Below are positions 8,592 through 10,729 of a stretch of DNA of 10,729 nucleotides, in pieces (positions within the stretch are counted from its first letter, which is position 1; each line of letters opens with the position of its first letter). The DNA is from Candidatus Bipolaricaulia bacterium (GTDB lineage Bacteria; Bipolaricaulota; Bipolaricaulia; RBG-16-55-9), in assembly GCA_042219045.1 (NCBI GenBank), contig JBDGQO010000076.1, positions 28,160 to 38,888 on the forward strand, read 5' to 3'. Both the position numbers and the translations under genes were made by a program. The notes beneath the pieces were generated by a model that searched no databases, was not told the origin of the DNA, and saw only the letters and a list, made by a program, of their open reading frames with translations.

Positions 8592-9086
8592 TCAATCCAT
8601 GGCCGGCAATTCGCCGCCGTGGGCGTTCAGATACGCGACAACCCCGCCCGCGTCGACGATCTCGCGGACGAAGCGCGGCGGCGGATCGATGGCGACCTCC
8701 GTGCCTTGCGTCCGGTTGATCAGCCGACCGTTCGGGGCATCGAGTTGGAGGTCGTCGCCATCTTCAATTCCCTCCGTCGGCGCCATGACCGCCAACAGCC
8801 CGACGTTGAGCGCGTTGCGATAGAAGATGCGCGCGAACGTCGGGGCAATGACGGCCTCGATGCCGGTCGCTGCCAGGGCCACGGCCGCCGTCTCGCGGCT
8901 AGAGCCGGAGCCGAAGTGTTCGCCGGCGACAACAAAGTCGCCCTGCTGGACGTTGATCGAAAAATCCGGGCGAACTTCGCAGAAGCAGATCTCGGCCAGT
9001 TCGGATGGATCGGTCGTCAGGTTGAACCGACCCGGCGTGATGACGTCGGTGTTGACGTCGGCGCCGAAGGTCCAGGCGCGTCCCAT
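8592..9086 (-). CDS. leuD: 3-isopropylmalate dehydratase/homoaconitase small subunit (LeuD type 2/HacB family), 164 aa
   Basis: Motifs GRAWTFGADVNTDVITPG, GDFVVAGEHFGSGSSRE, FARIFYRNALNVG, EIVDAGG. SD upstream and adjacent to the large subunit. The symbol denotes the family; it may function as a homoaconitase subunit. Confidence 0.93.
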   Translation of the reverse strand: MGRAWTFGADVNTDVITPGRFNLTTDPSELAEICFCEVRPDFSINVQQGDFVVAGEHFGSGSSRETAAVALAATGIEAVIAPTFARIFYRNALNVGLLAVMAPTEGIEDGDDLQLDAPNGRLINRTQGTEVAIDPPPRFVREIVDAGGVVAYLNAHGGELPAMD

Positions 9087-9095
9087 GTCTCAAGA

Positions 9096-9103
9096 TCCCC
9101 CTT
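9096..9103 (-). promoter_or_regulatory. Shine-Dalgarno-like site for the small subunit gene
   Basis: AAGGGGGA on the minus strand, 9 nt upstream of the ATG at 9086, in the 26-bp gap between the subunit genes. Confidence 0.65.
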
Positions 9104-9112
9104 CAGTCAAAG

Positions 9113-10363
9113 TCATTCCAGATCATCGGGCGGCGTGATCTCGCCCGTCACGGCCGAGGCCGCGCAGACCGCCGGACTCGTGACATAGATTTCGGCCTCG
9201 GGCGAACCCATGCGCCCTTGGAAGTTGCGGTTCATGGTCGACAGACACCGCTCGCCGTCGCCGAGAACGCCCTGATGGCGCCCGATGCACGGGCCGCAGC
9301 CCGGATTGGTGATGATCGCCCCGGCCCGCATCAACGTCTCCGCCACGCCCTCTTGGACCATCCGCAGATAGACGTCTTGAGACGCCGGCGTGCAGATGAA
9401 GCGCGTGCTCGGGTTGACGGACCGACCGTCCAGGATCTCGGCCGCCAATTGGAAATCCTCAAATCGACCGTTGGTGCAGGTGCCGATGAAGACCTGGTCC
9501 AGCGAGAGCCCGGCCACCTCGTCGACGTCCACGATCCCTTCCAACCCGTGCGGCACAGCAACCTTCGGGCGCACGTCGGTCATGTCGATCTCGACGACGC
9601 GCTCGTAACGCGCGTCCGGGTCGGGCGCCAGCTCGTCGATGGGGCCGTCGACGCGCTCGCTCAGGTATCGTTGCGTCACGGTGTCGACCTCGGCGAGGCC
9701 GGCCTTGCCGCCCATCTCGATCGCCAGGTTGCACAGCGTCATGCGCTCCGGGACCCCGAGCGAGGCCAGCCCGTCGCCGCCGTACTCCAGCGTCCGATAC
9801 ACAGCTCCCGAGGTCCCGATGGTCTCCACGATCGTCAGCCCGAGATCCTTGCCGGTGGCTGATTCCGGGAGTCGGCCCGAGAGGTTGAAGCGGATCGTCT
9901 CGGGCACGCGGAACCATGTCTGTCCGGTGGCCCAGGCGACGGCGACGTCGGTCGAGCCCATCCCCGTGGCAAATGCTCCAAAGGCGCCAGCAGTGCATGT
10001 GTGGCTGTCCGCGCCGATCACGAGCGCGCCCGGCGTGATGTAGCCGGCCTCCGGCAGCACTTGATGGGAGATGCCTTGGGCGTAGTGGATCCGCTCGATT
10101 CCCTGCTCGCGGGCGAACGCCATGACGCGCTGATGCATCGCCGCCCCCTTCGGGTGCGGCGCGGGCACGAGGTGGTCGAAGACGATAATGGCTTTGTCGG
10201 CGTGGAACGCGTCGGTCTCCAATTGGCTGTACGACTCGACCGCGAGCGGCGTCGTGGCGTCGTGCGACATGATCCAGTCGACCTCGGCCAGCACCGTCTC
10301 GCCGGCGTGGACCTCTCGGCCCAGTCGATCCGAAAAGATCCGTTCAGTGATTGTCTGGTCCAT
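9113..10363 (-). CDS. leuC: 3-isopropylmalate dehydratase/homoaconitase large subunit (LeuC type 2/HacA family), 416 aa
   Basis: Aconitase-family motifs MSHD, FDH, GISHQ, GADSHTCTAGA, GMGSTD, RMTLCNLAIEMGGK. 4Fe-4S ligands FIGTCTNGR (Cys 9476-9478) and PGCGPC (Cys 9296-9298, 9287-9289), plus STMNRNFQGRMG. The short length is typical of the archaeal-type subfamily. The symbol denotes the family. Confidence 0.94.
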   Translation of the reverse strand: MDQTITERIFSDRLGREVHAGETVLAEVDWIMSHDATTPLAVESYSQLETDAFHADKAIIVFDHLVPAPHPKGAAMHQRVMAFAREQGIERIHYAQGISHQVLPEAGYITPGALVIGADSHTCTAGAFGAFATGMGSTDVAVAWATGQTWFRVPETIRFNLSGRLPESATGKDLGLTIVETIGTSGAVYRTLEYGGDGLASLGVPERMTLCNLAIEMGGKAGLAEVDTVTQRYLSERVDGPIDELAPDPDARYERVVEIDMTDVRPKVAVPHGLEGIVDVDEVAGLSLDQVFIGTCTNGRFEDFQLAAEILDGRSVNPSTRFICTPASQDVYLRMVQEGVAETLMRAGAIITNPGCGPCIGRHQGVLGDGERCLSTMNRNFQGRMGSPEAEIYVTSPAVCAASAVTGEITPPDDLE

Positions 10364-10727
10364 AGCCCTTCAGGATGAGATGCGTCGTCGTCCGCGCCAC
10401 GCCCTCAGAGACGCGCAGTTCTTCAATAAAATCGTTCAGCGTGGCAATCGACGGCGCCACGACGTGCGCGACGACGTCGTCCTCACCCGTGATCTCGTAC
10501 ACCTCCTTGACCATCTCGAGCGCCGCCAGGCGGCGCGTCACGCGGGTGGTGTGCAGCGCGCTGCCGAGGCCCAACTGCACGATGGCTTCGAGCTCCAGCG
10601 GCACGCGCGCCTTCAACTCCAGATCGAGCACCTCGTCGGCGATCTCCAACAGATCGATGTCGGCGAAGACCCGCTTCTGCGGCCGGGCCTTGATGGCTTC
10701 CAGGATGTCGGCCAACTGCTCATCGTT
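10344..10727 (-). CDS. 3' end of a protein with a C-terminal Lrp/AsnC ligand-binding (RAM) domain; probably a homocitrate/isopropylmalate-synthase-family enzyme, 5' end outside window
   Basis: Frame stays open to the window edge (NDEQLADILEAIK...), so the TTG at 10715 is probably not the start. The last ~75 aa (EAIVQL...VKEVYEITGEDDVVAHVVAPSIATLNDFIEELRVSEGVARTTTHLILK) match the AsnC/RAM pattern. The stop at 10344-10346 lies inside the 5' end of the large-subunit gene (20-nt overlap). Synthase identity is inferred from the preceding helical segment and the gene context. Confidence 0.75.
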   Translation of the reverse strand, partial: NDEQLADILEAIKARPQKRVFADIDLLEIADEVLDLELKARVPLELEAIVQLGLGSALHTTRVTRRLAALEMVKEVYEITGEDDVVAHVVAPSIATLNDFIEELRVSEGVARTTTHLILKGYGPDNH

Positions 10728-10729
10728 GA

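Noticed and set aside
10344..10715. Stand-alone 123-aa Lrp/AsnC transcription regulator starting at TTG 10715
   Set aside because: No HTH signature, the frame continues to the window edge, and the N-terminal segment resembles a synthase helical subdomain.
1..10729. Window begins TCAAC and ends GTTGA (5-bp terminal inverted repeat)
   Set aside because: Only 5 bp, both ends lie within coding sequence, and there is no transposase or other mobility gene. Treated as coincidence.

Overview
High-GC prokaryotic housekeeping region for amino-acid biosynthesis, arranged as two convergent, tightly packed operons. Plus strand: the 3' part of an isocitrate/isopropylmalate/homoisocitrate dehydrogenase family gene (<3-680), citramalate synthase cimA (677-2341), and glutamate synthase gltB (2365-6894) and gltD (6894-8384). 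Minus strand: the 3' end of a gene whose product ends in an AsnC/RAM domain (>10727-10344), then archaeal-type (type 2) isopropylmalate isomerase/homoaconitase large (10363-9113) and small (9086-8592) subunits. A 207-bp palindrome-rich spacer separates the operons. No mobile elements, CRISPR arrays or RNA genes are evident. The most interesting inference is that the last ORF is not an Lrp regulator but the C-terminus of a homocitrate/isopropylmalate-synthase-like enzyme fused to a RAM domain. It is followed by a Thermococcales-like homoaconitase pair, which would be the start of an archaeal-type alpha-aminoadipate lysine pathway. It faces a citramalate/GOGAT operon whose GltB has haloarchaeal-like motifs. 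Homolog comparisons are from memory and were not checked by database search.
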